Below, in pieces: positions 17,537 through 27,513 of a stretch of DNA of 30,776 nucleotides. The stretch comes from a virus (Duplodnaviria; Caudoviricetes), in the IMG/VR virus record IMGVR_UViG_3300034112_002752, positions 1 through 30,776 of that record; one strand, written 5' to 3'. The notes under the pieces are model-generated. The model did no database searches. It saw only the letters and a list, made by a program, of their open reading frames with translations, and was not told where the DNA came from. Position numbers and translations under genes: made by a program. The number at the start of each line of letters is the position of its first letter. Position 1 is the stretch's first letter.

Positions 17537-20500
17537 ATGCCCCAAAGCACAAATTTAAATAAAAGTCCTTATTTTGATGATTTTAGTGAGGACAAAAATT
17601 ACTATAAGGTTTTATTTAAACCAGGAACTACTGTACAATCAAGAGAATTAACTACTTTACAATCAATTTTACAAAATCAAATTGAAAAATTTGGAACTGC
17701 TTTCTATACAAATGGTGGTGTAGTAATTCCTGGGGCATCAAATTATGATGGAAATTTTACTTGCGTAGAAATTGAAAGTACTTACAAGGGCATTAACGTA
17801 GAAGAATATTATGAAAATTTGGTTGGGAAAACTATAAAAGGAAAACTGACTGGAATTTCAGCAAAAGTATTAAAAGTTTTATCTAAAGAAGATTCTGAAA
17901 GAACAAATACAACATTATATGTAAAGTATATTTCATCCTCTGATAGTTCTGATGATCAATCCTTTACTAAAGAAGTATTTGACGATGGAGAAGAATTAAT
18001 AACCTTATCAGATATTCCTGTTGGAGATTCTTATATCTTTACCAATTCAGAATTTGCAAGAGTAATTTCTTTAACCAATAGAAAAGCAACGTCTGTAGGA
18101 TCTGCTGCGAATTTAACAGAAGGTGTTTATTTTGTTAGGGGATATTTCATTGGAGTTGAAACAAGTACAATTATTTTAGATCAATACACTAACACTCCCT
18201 CATATAGAGTTGGATTAGAAATAGTAGAAGATATTATAGACTCTGATGAAGATCCATCTTTAAATGATAATTCACAAGGTTTTTCCAATTATGCTGCTCC
18301 TGGAGCAGACAGATTAAAAATTACTTTAAACTTATCCAAAAAACCAATAGATAATTTTAATGATGATAATTTTATAGAATTGTTTAGAGTTACTAATGGA
18401 ATAGTAACTTCAATTAAAAAAGATGATAAGTATTCATTTATTAATGAAATTTTAGCCAGAAGAACTTATGATGAGTCTGGAAATTATTATGTAAATGCTT
18501 TTAATGTACAGGCATTAGAGTCATTGAATGATAATCTTGGAAATGGTGGACTTTATACAGAAACTCAAAAAACTCCAGATGGTTCTTTACCATCAATTGA
18601 TTTAGGACTTTTAAAAGTTTCTCCTGGAAAAGCATATGTAAAAGGATATGAAATTCCAACAAGTAATGTTTTAATAGATTATCCAAAACCAAGAACTACA
18701 AAATCAGTAGAGTCTTCATCAACATCTTTTTATGGTGGTGACTTAATTAGAATTAATAACGTAAAAGGATCCCCAACTCTTGGACTAACTACTACATTTT
18801 CAGTTTCTCTGTTGGATCAGAGATTGACAAATCAAGTAGCAACTGGTACTACAGTAGGATTTGCAAGAGTTTATGATTTTGAGTCTCATAATACTTCATT
18901 TGAAAATCCTTCAAGTCAAGCAAACTTATACTTATTTGATATTCAAACATACACTAATTTAACTTTAAGTGGAGCAATTTCTTCGCTGACTGTAGGTTCT
19001 TATGTAAAAGGGAAAAATAGTGGTGCTTTTGGATATGCAAAAGAAGTTAGTGGAGCCTCTGTAAAATTATATCAAGTTTCTGGAAAATTCTCAATTGGTG
19101 AAAATTTAATTGTAGATGGAATAGAATTTTCACAAACACTTACTGCAGTCAGAGATTATTCAATTGATGATGTAAAGTCAATTTATAATCAATCAGTAAG
19201 TTTTGTTGCTGACACTTTATTGTCCAAACAAAGCAATATTACTGGTCAATTTACTGCTCAAATTGATTCTGGTATAGGAACAATTACAAGCAATAATGGA
19301 AGTTCATTTGCATCATCCTTAAAGGTAAATGATGTATTATCATTTACCAGAGCAGGATTATCATCTTCAGTTTATGTTAAAATCACTTCTATAGCAGCAT
19401 CTAAAAATCAAGTTGTTGTCACTGGAGAATCCACAGTTCAAAATGTTTGTACTGGAAACATTGGTACTGGAACAACATTTTATCAAATATCAGATTTAAA
19501 AGTAATTAAACCTCAAGTAGTTGTCAACTCTGAATCATCATCCTTATATACTCAATTAAATCATAGTAATATTTCAAATGTAAGCACCTTAAATTCAAAC
19601 GTTTATATTAAAAAGCAATATACTGGAGTATCAAAATCTTCAACCACATTAACTCTCCCAACATTAGTAGGTGATTACACATATGCATCTTTTGATGAAG
19701 AAAGGTATGTTGTAGTCAATGCTGATGGAACATTAGAAAATCTTTCTAATGCAACCTTTACAAGATCTAATGGAAATAAAGATGCAGAATTTACGAACTT
19801 GAGTTCTACTGCAGGACCTTGTTCTGTAATCACAACGCAAATTAAATCTAATGTAACTAATAAATTTAAGAAGTTAAATAGATGTTCCTTTGTTGATATT
19901 ACAAAAACCAAATACTCAACACCACCAAATGCTGGACTTGCTGTAACATCAGTATATGGAGTTAGAGTAGAGGATAATGAAATCTCATTAAACTATCCAG
20001 ATATTTTTGAAGTTCAAGGTATATTTGAATCTACTGAAACTGGAACTGCTACTCCTCCTTGGATTTCATTAACTGGAATCACTGGTCCAAATGGTAACAC
20101 TTTAGATCTAATTGTAGGAGAGATTCTAATAGGTCAAGATTCTGGAGCAGTTGCAGTATATGCAGAAAATAAAACCACAAGTCAAATTTACATTATTTAC
20201 AAAAACCAAAAAGTATTTTCTGCCTCTGAAATAGTTTCATTTAAAGAAAGTGGATATACTGCAACAGTATCTACAGTAAATGTTGGTTCAACTAATATCA
20301 CTAATGATTTTTATCTTGATAATGGACAAAGGAAACAATTTTATGATTTTGGAAGGATTGTAAGAAAAGATTCTTCAAAAGAACCATCTCATAGAATTAG
20401 AATATATTTTGATAGATTTTCTTTTGAATCTACTGATAATGGCGATGTAATTACAGTTAATAGTTATCCATCTACAATCAATAAAAATAAAATTCCATCT

Positions 20501-23500
20501 TACAATCAAGTCAGAAATTTAGATACTATTGACGTAAGACCAAGGGTATCTAATTACAATACTTCAAGTACTATCAGTCCATTTGATTTTGGTTCCAGAG
20601 ATTTCTCTGGTTCTGGTTCAAATACCACTCAAATTTTATCTTCTAATGAAGACTTTGTATTTGACTATTCTTTCTACTTACCAAGATATGACAAATTAAC
20701 TTTATCCTCTAATGGTGAATTTGAACTGGTATTAGGATTTCCTGCAGAAGATCCAAAATTACCAACAATTTCTAAAGAAGTATTAGATGTAGCAACAATT
20801 TTATCAGTACCATATGTTTATGATCTTAATACTGATGTTGTCATTTTACTGACTGACAACAGAAGATATACAATGTCCGATTTGAGAGATATTGAAAATA
20901 GAGTAGAATCTTTAGAATATTATACAAGTCTTTCATTATTAGAATCTACAACCAAAAATTTATTGATAGAAGATGAAGATGGATTTAATAGATTTAAATC
21001 AGGATTCTTTGTAGATAACTTTAGTTCTTCTGATTTTTCAGACACCACTTCTCCAATTTATAGATCTAAAATAGAAAACAATACAATATCTTCTCCAACA
21101 GTAAAAAATCTCATTAATCTCTCTTTGTATTCTGATGATAGTCAAAATACTACTTCAGAAATTAATTTGAGTGATGTCAATTCAAGTAATTTAAAATTAA
21201 CTGGAAATACATTAACATTATCATATACAGAAACTGATCATGTAAAGCAACCATTTGCAAGTAGAATTGTAAACATTAATCCATATCAAGTAGTAACTTG
21301 GTCAGGATTATTAAATTTAAATCCAAGCAGTGATACTTGGACAGTAGAAATTTCAGAATCCAGAAGAGTAGCTGATGCTTCAAGAGCAGGATCTTCTGAT
21401 GTAAGTGTAACCAAAACCAAAATTCCTTACATTAGATCAAGAAATATTGAATTTGTTGCTACAAGATTAAAACCAAACACCAAATTTAAACTTTTATTTG
21501 ATTCTAAAGAATTAAGTTCTAATATTAATGGATTTACTTATGTATTTCCAAAACTACTTCAAATAAAAGATGTTACTGGATCATTCCAAATTGGAGAAAC
21601 TGTAACTGCTTACACGAATACTATCAGTGCTGATAGTCAAAAAATTTGTACTTTTAGACTTTGTACTCCAAATCATAAATCTGGAAAATATAATTCCCCA
21701 GAATCAACTTATACAGTAAATCCATACAGCACTTCTTCAGGAATAGCAACAGTTTATGGTCCACAATCAACCTTGTTAAATATTGACACCTCTTCCCTTC
21801 AAATTGCCAACACATCTAAGTTCTATGGCAATTTAATTAAGGGATGCAAGTTGTATGGAAAGACCAGTAAAGCAATAGCTACTGTATCAGAAAATCAATT
21901 GATTGCTGACAATAATGGAACTTTAATTGGAAGTATTTTTATACCAGATCCAAATAATTCTTCTCTAAAGTATAATACAGGAAGAACTCCAGTAAGAGTA
22001 ACTCAATCAACATCACTTGGAGTTCCTGGAGAATTCGTAAGTTCTGCTGAGGCTGTCTTTACTTCATCTGGAACTGAAATTAAAACTACCACTATTAATT
22101 ATTATGACCCATTAGCACAATCATTTATAGTTAGTGATCAGAATGGTATTGTTCTATCTTCAGTAGATGTTTTCTTTGCAAGCAAAGATAGTAATATTCC
22201 AGTGTCATTACAAATTAGAGAGGTTATCAATGGCACTCCAGGTGGTCCAGATAAAATAGTAGGAAATCTTGAAAAGGTTCTAAATCCATCTGAAATTACA
22301 ACAAGTTCTGATGCAAGTATAGCAACTACTTTTAGATTTGATAATTTGACCAGATTGGAAGGTGGAAGAGAATATGCAGTAGTTCTTTTATCAGATTCAT
22401 TTGATTACAATGTATGGGTTTCAAGAGTTGGTGAAGTTGAAATATCTACTGCAAGTTTGCCAGAGGTTCAAAAAGTAATTATTAATTCTCAACCATCTTT
22501 AGGATCTCTGTTCATCTCACAAAATGGAACAACTTGGACAGCAGTCCAAACTGATGATCTTAAATTTACCCTTAAAAAGTGCAAATTTTCTACAGCAGGA
22601 GGAACTGCAAGATTCTATAATTCAAAAGTAGAAGTTGAAGACATTGAAAATCTTCTTCCAACAAACCCAGTTGTAGTTGGTGTTGGATCAGATGCTCCAA
22701 ATAATGGTTATTTTATGCAGATTATTCATCCAAATCATGGCATGAATTCTGCAAGTAATGTTGTGACAATAGATGGTGTTTCAACAGATGTTTCTCCAAC
22801 AACATTAACTGCTGGATATGGAATAACTGCAACTGGATCCATTTTAGTTGCAAGTAATTCAAACTTTACCACATTTGAAGGACAAACAGTTTCTCCATCA
22901 AATCCAGGATATGTTTTAATTGATGGTGAAATAATTAAGTATGAAAATGCTTCTACTGCTGGACAGTTATCAGTGATTACAAGGGGAATGCAAAATTCTC
23001 CAATTATTAATCATCCAGTTTCATCTTTAGTTTATAAGTATGAGTTTAATGGAGTATCTCTGATTGGAATTAATACTTCTCACACCATTTCCAATTCTCA
23101 TCCAATTACTATAGATTCATACTATATTGGTATTGCAAAATCATTTACTTCATCTAAATTTGGTGGTGGAAACTCTGTATATGCAACAAAGAACAAACTG
23201 TATAACTCAGTAGGTATAAGTTCAGAATTTGTTTCAGTATTTAATGGAGCAACTTGTTCTGCATCATTAAGATCTATTTCTGGTCAAAGTGTTGATGGAA
23301 ATGAATCTCCATTTGAAGATCAAGGATATTCATCACTTTCAATATCAAATACAACTACATTTAATACAATAAGATTAGTAGCATCAGAAGAAAATGAAAA
23401 TCAATTCTTAAATGCAACTCAATTCCCAGGAAACAAATCTCTTACTTTAGATCTGAATTTAGGAACTTCTGATTCTAATGTTTCTCCAATCATCAATGTT

Positions 23501-23995
23501 GAAAAATCTTTCTTAACTGTCAACAATAACAGAATAACCCAACCAATTGTTGGTATTGCTTATACAACTGACAATAGAGTAAATTCAAATGTAGATGACC
23601 CACATACATTTATTCATATTACTAACAGAGTTGATTTGCTCCAAAGTGCAAATGCACTGAAAGTTCTACTTGATGCATATAGACCAGCAGATTGTGACAT
23701 TAGAGTGCTTTACAAGTTGTTTAGAAATGATTCGCCAGATGAAGACCAAGTTTGGAATCTGTTCCCAGGATATACTAATTTGGATGTAAATGGAAATGTA
23801 AAAAATGAAGCTTATAATAATGGATTAACAGATAAACTTGTAGCACCAAGTTTGAGCAATCAGTATTTGGAATATGAATATACTATGAACAATTTGGAAG
23901 ATTTCACAGCATTTGCAATTAAAATTGTATGCTCAAGTATCAATCAAGCAGTAACTCCAATTATTCAAAACTTAAGAGTAATTGCACTGAAATAA
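17537..23995 (+). CDS. large virion structural protein, VrlC-like / DUF4815-type (2152 aa)
   Basis: MPQ.TNLN.SPYFDDF, VLFKPG..VQ.RELTTLQSILQNQIE, APGADRLKI, LARRTYDESGNY, RYTMSDL..IE.R...LEYYTSLSLLE, RFKSGFFVDNF and DPLAQSF; usual position after gp8 in T4-like cyanophages. Confidence 0.85.
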   Translation: MPQSTNLNKSPYFDDFSEDKNYYKVLFKPGTTVQSRELTTLQSILQNQIEKFGTAFYTNGGVVIPGASNYDGNFTCVEIESTYKGINVEEYYENLVGKTIKGKLTGISAKVLKVLSKEDSERTNTTLYVKYISSSDSSDDQSFTKEVFDDGEELITLSDIPVGDSYIFTNSEFARVISLTNRKATSVGSAANLTEGVYFVRGYFIGVETSTIILDQYTNTPSYRVGLEIVEDIIDSDEDPSLNDNSQGFSNYAAPGADRLKITLNLSKKPIDNFNDDNFIELFRVTNGIVTSIKKDDKYSFINEILARRTYDESGNYYVNAFNVQALESLNDNLGNGGLYTETQKTPDGSLPSIDLGLLKVSPGKAYVKGYEIPTSNVLIDYPKPRTTKSVESSSTSFYGGDLIRINNVKGSPTLGLTTTFSVSLLDQRLTNQVATGTTVGFARVYDFESHNTSFENPSSQANLYLFDIQTYTNLTLSGAISSLTVGSYVKGKNSGAFGYAKEVSGASVKLYQVSGKFSIGENLIVDGIEFSQTLTAVRDYSIDDVKSIYNQSVSFVADTLLSKQSNITGQFTAQIDSGIGTITSNNGSSFASSLKVNDVLSFTRAGLSSSVYVKITSIAASKNQVVVTGESTVQNVCTGNIGTGTTFYQISDLKVIKPQVVVNSESSSLYTQLNHSNISNVSTLNSNVYIKKQYTGVSKSSTTLTLPTLVGDYTYASFDEERYVVVNADGTLENLSNATFTRSNGNKDAEFTNLSSTAGPCSVITTQIKSNVTNKFKKLNRCSFVDITKTKYSTPPNAGLAVTSVYGVRVEDNEISLNYPDIFEVQGIFESTETGTATPPWISLTGITGPNGNTLDLIVGEILIGQDSGAVAVYAENKTTSQIYIIYKNQKVFSASEIVSFKESGYTATVSTVNVGSTNITNDFYLDNGQRKQFYDFGRIVRKDSSKEPSHRIRIYFDRFSFESTDNGDVITVNSYPSTINKNKIPSYNQVRNLDTIDVRPRVSNYNTSSTISPFDFGSRDFSGSGSNTTQILSSNEDFVFDYSFYLPRYDKLTLSSNGEFELVLGFPAEDPKLPTISKEVLDVATILSVPYVYDLNTDVVILLTDNRRYTMSDLRDIENRVESLEYYTSLSLLESTTKNLLIEDEDGFNRFKSGFFVDNFSSSDFSDTTSPIYRSKIENNTISSPTVKNLINLSLYSDDSQNTTSEINLSDVNSSNLKLTGNTLTLSYTETDHVKQPFASRIVNINPYQVVTWSGLLNLNPSSDTWTVEISESRRVADASRAGSSDVSVTKTKIPYIRSRNIEFVATRLKPNTKFKLLFDSKELSSNINGFTYVFPKLLQIKDVTGSFQIGETVTAYTNTISADSQKICTFRLCTPNHKSGKYNSPESTYTVNPYSTSSGIATVYGPQSTLLNIDTSSLQIANTSKFYGNLIKGCKLYGKTSKAIATVSENQLIADNNGTLIGSIFIPDPNNSSLKYNTGRTPVRVTQSTSLGVPGEFVSSAEAVFTSSGTEIKTTTINYYDPLAQSFIVSDQNGIVLSSVDVFFASKDSNIPVSLQIREVINGTPGGPDKIVGNLEKVLNPSEITTSSDASIATTFRFDNLTRLEGGREYAVVLLSDSFDYNVWVSRVGEVEISTASLPEVQKVIINSQPSLGSLFISQNGTTWTAVQTDDLKFTLKKCKFSTAGGTARFYNSKVEVEDIENLLPTNPVVVGVGSDAPNNGYFMQIIHPNHGMNSASNVVTIDGVSTDVSPTTLTAGYGITATGSILVASNSNFTTFEGQTVSPSNPGYVLIDGEIIKYENASTAGQLSVITRGMQNSPIINHPVSSLVYKYEFNGVSLIGINTSHTISNSHPITIDSYYIGIAKSFTSSKFGGGNSVYATKNKLYNSVGISSEFVSVFNGATCSASLRSISGQSVDGNESPFEDQGYSSLSISNTTTFNTIRLVASEENENQFLNATQFPGNKSLTLDLNLGTSDSNVSPIINVEKSFLTVNNNRITQPIVGIAYTTDNRVNSNVDDPHTFIHITNRVDLLQSANALKVLLDAYRPADCDIRVLYKLFRNDSPDEDQVWNLFPGYTNLDVNGNVKNEAYNNGLTDKLVAPSLSNQYLEYEYTMNNLEDFTAFAIKIVCSSINQAVTPIIQNLRVIALK

Positions 23996-24228
23996 TGGAA
24001 AATAAGTATGCTAAAGTTGAAGGTCATCCAAATATAATTAGAGACTTGAAGACAAATGCAATTATTAATACAGACATTCAAGGAATGCAGAATTATATTT
24101 CTTCTAAAAACAGAAGATTGAATGAAAAACAAAAATTAGAGTCTTTGACTAATGATGTGGAAGAAATGAAATCTTCTATAGAAGAAATTAAACAATTATT
24201 AAAGGATTTGGTAAATGGACCCAGATGA
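23995..24228 (+). CDS. conserved small protein with C-terminal coiled coil (77 aa, MENKYAKVEGHPNIIRD...)
   Basis: ATG 23995 overlaps the upstream stop (TAATG); KVEGH..I.RD..TNAIIN motif and heptad-like C-terminus; the track start at 23929 is probably an over-extension. Confidence 0.8.
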   Translation: MENKYAKVEGHPNIIRDLKTNAIINTDIQGMQNYISSKNRRLNEKQKLESLTNDVEEMKSSIEEIKQLLKDLVNGPR

Positions 24229-24391
24229 CCTAAAACTTGAAACTATTTCTAAATTGTTTGAATATGAAAAAATTTCAAGAGAATTGGATACTTGTACAAA
24301 TATTGATTTAATGAGAAATCTTTGTAAGTGTTATGTGAAGTTGTATATGAAGCAGCAAGAGGTAGTATCAGATATATGCAAAAATCTCTAA
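24215..24391 (+). CDS. small helical protein, 58 aa, NblA-like candidate (MDPDDLKLETISKLFEYEKISRELDTCTNIDLMRNLCKCYVKLYMKQQEVVSDICKNL); not in ORF track
   Basis: Hand translation from ATG 24215 to TAA 24389-24391; AAGGA upstream at 24202-24206; fills the gap before gp13. The ORF is fairly secure; the NblA call is by pattern only. Confidence 0.55.
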   Translation: MDPDDLKLETISKLFEYEKISRELDTCTNIDLMRNLCKCYVKLYMKQQEVVSDICKNL

Positions 24392-24394
24392 ATA
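24388..24394 (+). promoter_or_regulatory. late promoter-like CTAAATA upstream of gp13
   Basis: TAAATA core about 18 nt before ATG 24413. Confidence 0.6.
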
Positions 24395-24412
24395 CTTAAA
24401 AAGTGTAAAATA

Positions 24413-25243
24413 ATGGCAAAACCAGCATCAAGACAAGAATTAATTGATTATGCCTTAAGGCAACTTGGTGCTCCTGTTCTGGAAATTAATGTTTCAGAGG
24501 AACAAATTGATGATAGATTAGATGATGCCCTTCAGTATTTCAATGAAAGGCATTTTGATGGCGTTGAGAAAATGTTCTTGAAGTATAAATTTACTCAAGA
24601 TGATATTGATAGGGGTAGATCACGTGGTGGAGCGAGGAGTGCTGGAATTGTTACAACAACAGTGTCATCTGGATTGGGATCATTTAATTGGGAAGAAAAC
24701 TCAAACTATATTCCAATTCCAGATACTATTGTTGGAGTAGAAAGAGTTTTTAAACTTGATAATAGAACTATTACATCAAACCTTTTTAATGTTAACTATC
24801 AGTTATTTTTGAATGATATTTACTGGTTTAGTTCTACTGAACTTGTAAACTATTATGTAACCAAGAGATATCTTGAAGATATTGATTGGATTGTTAACCC
24901 ACAAAGACAGATTAGATTTAATAAGAGACAAAATAGACTGTACATTGATATGAGTTGGGATAGTATTGTGGCTGGAAACTATCTCATAATGGAATGTTAT
25001 AGAATTTTAGACCCAAATGATTATACTAAAGTTTATAATGATTCTTTCTTAAAACTTTATTTTACTGCATTGTTGAAAAAACAGTGGGGACAAAACTTAA
25101 TCAAATTCCAAGGAGTAAAACTTCCAGGTGGCGTAGAGTTAAATGGACGTCAAATTTATGATGATGCAGTAAAAGAATTAGAAGATATTAGAATGAGAAT
25201 GTTAAGTGAGTTTGAAACTGCTCCATTTGATATGATAGGTTAA
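24413..25243 (+). CDS. gp13: neck protein gp13 (head-tail adaptor)
   Basis: PASRQELIDYALRQLGAPVLEINV..EQIDDRLDDALQYF.ERHFDG and KKQWGQNLIKFQGVKLPGGVELNGRQIYDDA. Confidence 0.95.
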   Translation: MAKPASRQELIDYALRQLGAPVLEINVSEEQIDDRLDDALQYFNERHFDGVEKMFLKYKFTQDDIDRGRSRGGARSAGIVTTTVSSGLGSFNWEENSNYIPIPDTIVGVERVFKLDNRTITSNLFNVNYQLFLNDIYWFSSTELVNYYVTKRYLEDIDWIVNPQRQIRFNKRQNRLYIDMSWDSIVAGNYLIMECYRILDPNDYTKVYNDSFLKLYFTALLKKQWGQNLIKFQGVKLPGGVELNGRQIYDDAVKELEDIRMRMLSEFETAPFDMIG

Positions 25244-25244
25244 T

Positions 25245-26630
25245 ATGTTAAATCCATTCTTCTTACAAGGCACATCCAGTGAGCAAGGTCTTGTTCAGGA
25301 TTTGATTAATGAACAATTAAAAATGTATGGCATAGAAGTTTATTATATGCCAAGAGAAATTATTACGGAAGGAAAGGTTATAAAAGAAGTTTTATATTCA
25401 ACATTTACTAATCAATTTCCAATTGAGGCATATCTTGCTTCTTATGAAGGATTTGATTCTAATAGTATTTTAATGAGTAAATTTGGGGTTAGAATTACTG
25501 ATGAAATGAACCTAATTATCTCTAAAGAAAGATTTGAAACTTACATTGGAGAATTGATGAAACAAATCCCAGATGTAAAAAACGCATTACGTCCTAATGA
25601 AGGGGATTTAATTTACATTCCATTAAGTGAAAGCTTTATGGAAATTAAATATGTTGAAAATAGAAAACCATTTTATCAACTTCAAAAAAATTATGTTTAT
25701 GAATTGAGATGTGAACTTTTTGAAATTGAAGATGAAAATATTGTAATGAATGTCAGTGATCCAGTTATTGCTGGAAAAGAACCAAAAGCTCTTGGATATG
25801 AATCGGAATTACAACTTTCTGGAATTGGGGTCACTGCAACTGCATCTACAACTTTTGTTTCTGGAGGCGTTCAAACAATCAGTACAATTAATGGTGGTTA
25901 TAGATATTCTACAACTCCAAGTATAAATGTTTCATCTCCACTTTCTGGAACAAAAGCACGAGTTGTTGGTATAATGACCAGTAAAAGTGCTCTTTTAACT
26001 TCAAAAAGTGTTCATAAAATATACATAGAAGACCCTGGAACAGGGTATAATTATAGCAAACCACCATTGGTAACATTTTCTGGGGGAGGGGGTTATAATG
26101 CCAGTGCTACAGTTGGCATAGCAACTTCTGGAAGTATTGGACCTATCAGTCTAACCAACGCTGGTCAAGGGTATGTTACCGAACCTACAGTAACCATTTC
26201 AGGACCAGTTTCTGGAGGAACCACTGCAACAGCTAGGGCATTTTTAAATTCATCTGGAGGAATTTCTACAGTTAGAATTATAAATGCTGGGTATGGATAT
26301 ACAACAGCACCAAACATTACAATTTCTGCTGGTAGTACAGTTTCCAATGGAAATTATATTTTTGGAGAAACAGTAACTGGATCTATTTCTGGTGCTACAG
26401 GATTAGTCAAAGATTGGGACGCAGAAACTAAAATTCTTAAAGTTAGTGGATTTGGAACTGCATTTGTAACAGGTGATGTTGTAGTTGGGGCTGCTTCAAC
26501 TGCTACGTACATTATTAAAGATAGCGGAGATTTTATATCTGCTCCCCCATATGATTCCTCTGATGACATTCAAGAAGAATTTGATGATATTGTAGAATTT
26601 ACAGAAGTCAATCCTTTTGGTGAAGTTTAA
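25245..26630 (+). CDS. gp14: neck protein gp14 (head closure) with Gly/Thr-rich repeat insertion
   Basis: LNPFF.QG..SEQ.LVQDLINEQLKMYG.EVYYMPR, SKFGV, RPNEGDLIYIP, PFYQL.KNYVYELRCELF, C-terminal F.E.NPFG; between gp13 and gp15. Confidence 0.92.
   Translation: MLNPFFLQGTSSEQGLVQDLINEQLKMYGIEVYYMPREIITEGKVIKEVLYSTFTNQFPIEAYLASYEGFDSNSILMSKFGVRITDEMNLIISKERFETYIGELMKQIPDVKNALRPNEGDLIYIPLSESFMEIKYVENRKPFYQLQKNYVYELRCELFEIEDENIVMNVSDPVIAGKEPKALGYESELQLSGIGVTATASTTFVSGGVQTISTINGGYRYSTTPSINVSSPLSGTKARVVGIMTSKSALLTSKSVHKIYIEDPGTGYNYSKPPLVTFSGGGGYNASATVGIATSGSIGPISLTNAGQGYVTEPTVTISGPVSGGTTATARAFLNSSGGISTVRIINAGYGYTTAPNITISAGSTVSNGNYIFGETVTGSISGATGLVKDWDAETKILKVSGFGTAFVTGDVVVGAASTATYIIKDSGDFISAPPYDSSDDIQEEFDDIVEFTEVNPFGEV
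25893..26333 (+). repeat. four protein-level GxGY-xxx-P-x-V/I-x-I/F-S repeats in gp14
   Basis: GGYRYSTTPSINVS, GTGYNYSKPPLVTFS, GQGYVTEPTVTIS, GYGYTTAPNITIS. Confidence 0.7.
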
Positions 26631-26631
26631 G

Positions 26632-26638
26632 ATAAATA
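26632..26638 (+). promoter_or_regulatory. T4-like late promoter (ATAAATA) upstream of gp15
   Basis: Intergenic, about 20 nt before ATG 26659. Confidence 0.65.
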
Positions 26639-26658
26639 CAAAATAAACGAAAATAATT

Positions 26659-27510
26659 ATGTTTGGCAATTATTTTTATCATAAGTCAATACAAAAAACT
26701 GTAACTGCTTTTGGAACGTTATTTAATAACATTCAAATCAGACACTTTAATGATGCTGGTGACCCAATTTCCAGATTGAAAGTTCCACTTGCGTATGGAC
26801 CTACACAAAAGTTTTTAGCAAGAATTGAACAGCAACCAGCAGGTGATAGAAAGATTGCATTAACGCTTCCAAGAATGTCATTTGAAATGACTTCAATTGA
26901 TTATGATTCTCAAAGAAAATCTTCAGTTATTCAAACATTTAGTTCTCCAAGAACTGATACAGGAAAACCTGCAAAAGTTTATACACCAACTCCATATAAC
27001 ATTGGATTTGAACTTAACATCATGAGCAAAATTCAAGATGATGCTCTTCAAATTATAGAACAGATTTTACCTTTCTTCCAACCATCATTCAATGTTACTG
27101 TGAGATTAATTCCAGAAATTAATGAAACAAAAGATATTCCTATTATTTTAAATAGAGTTGGATTTAGAGATGATTATGAAGGTGATTTTAGTACAAGAAG
27201 GATTATACTTTACACATTAAACTTCACTGCTAAAACATACTTATTCAGTGAAATTCCATCAGACAGTCAAGGACTTATTAAGAAAGTTCAAGTTGATTAT
27301 GCCACAGATGCACTGTTAAATGCAAGAAGAGAAGTTAGATATACTGCAACACCAAAAGCACTTGAAGATTATAATGGAGACAATGTAATTAATACTGTTG
27401 ATGATGGATTAATTCCATTTGGAGATGATTTTGGATTTAATGAAGAGATAGTTGAATTCCAAGACTTCGAAGATTATAGTCCTTCTCAAGGCACTGATGT
27501 GGATATATAA
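26659..27510 (+). CDS. gp15: tail sheath stabilizer / tail completion protein gp15
   Basis: YFYH..I.K.V.AFGTLFNNI, KVPLAYGPTQKFLAR, LPRMSFE, QIIEQILPFFQP and DDYEGDF.TRR. Confidence 0.95.
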   Translation: MFGNYFYHKSIQKTVTAFGTLFNNIQIRHFNDAGDPISRLKVPLAYGPTQKFLARIEQQPAGDRKIALTLPRMSFEMTSIDYDSQRKSSVIQTFSSPRTDTGKPAKVYTPTPYNIGFELNIMSKIQDDALQIIEQILPFFQPSFNVTVRLIPEINETKDIPIILNRVGFRDDYEGDFSTRRIILYTLNFTAKTYLFSEIPSDSQGLIKKVQVDYATDALLNARREVRYTATPKALEDYNGDNVINTVDDGLIPFGDDFGFNEEIVEFQDFEDYSPSQGTDVDI

Positions 27511-27513
27511 TGC

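Noticed and set aside
23929-23994. N-terminal extension of ORF 23929..24228
   Set aside because: Overlaps the VrlC-like gene by more than 60 nt; ATG 23995 in a TAATG overlap is the more plausible start
4966-23995. Additional TAAATA hexamers inside long coding regions
   Set aside because: Expected by chance at this AT content; only those shortly upstream of start codons were listed as features
17535-24413. Absence of T4 gp9, gp10, gp11, gp12 and wac between gp8 and gp13
   Set aside because: A VrlC-like giant protein at this position is the usual arrangement in T4-like cyanophages, so it is not novel
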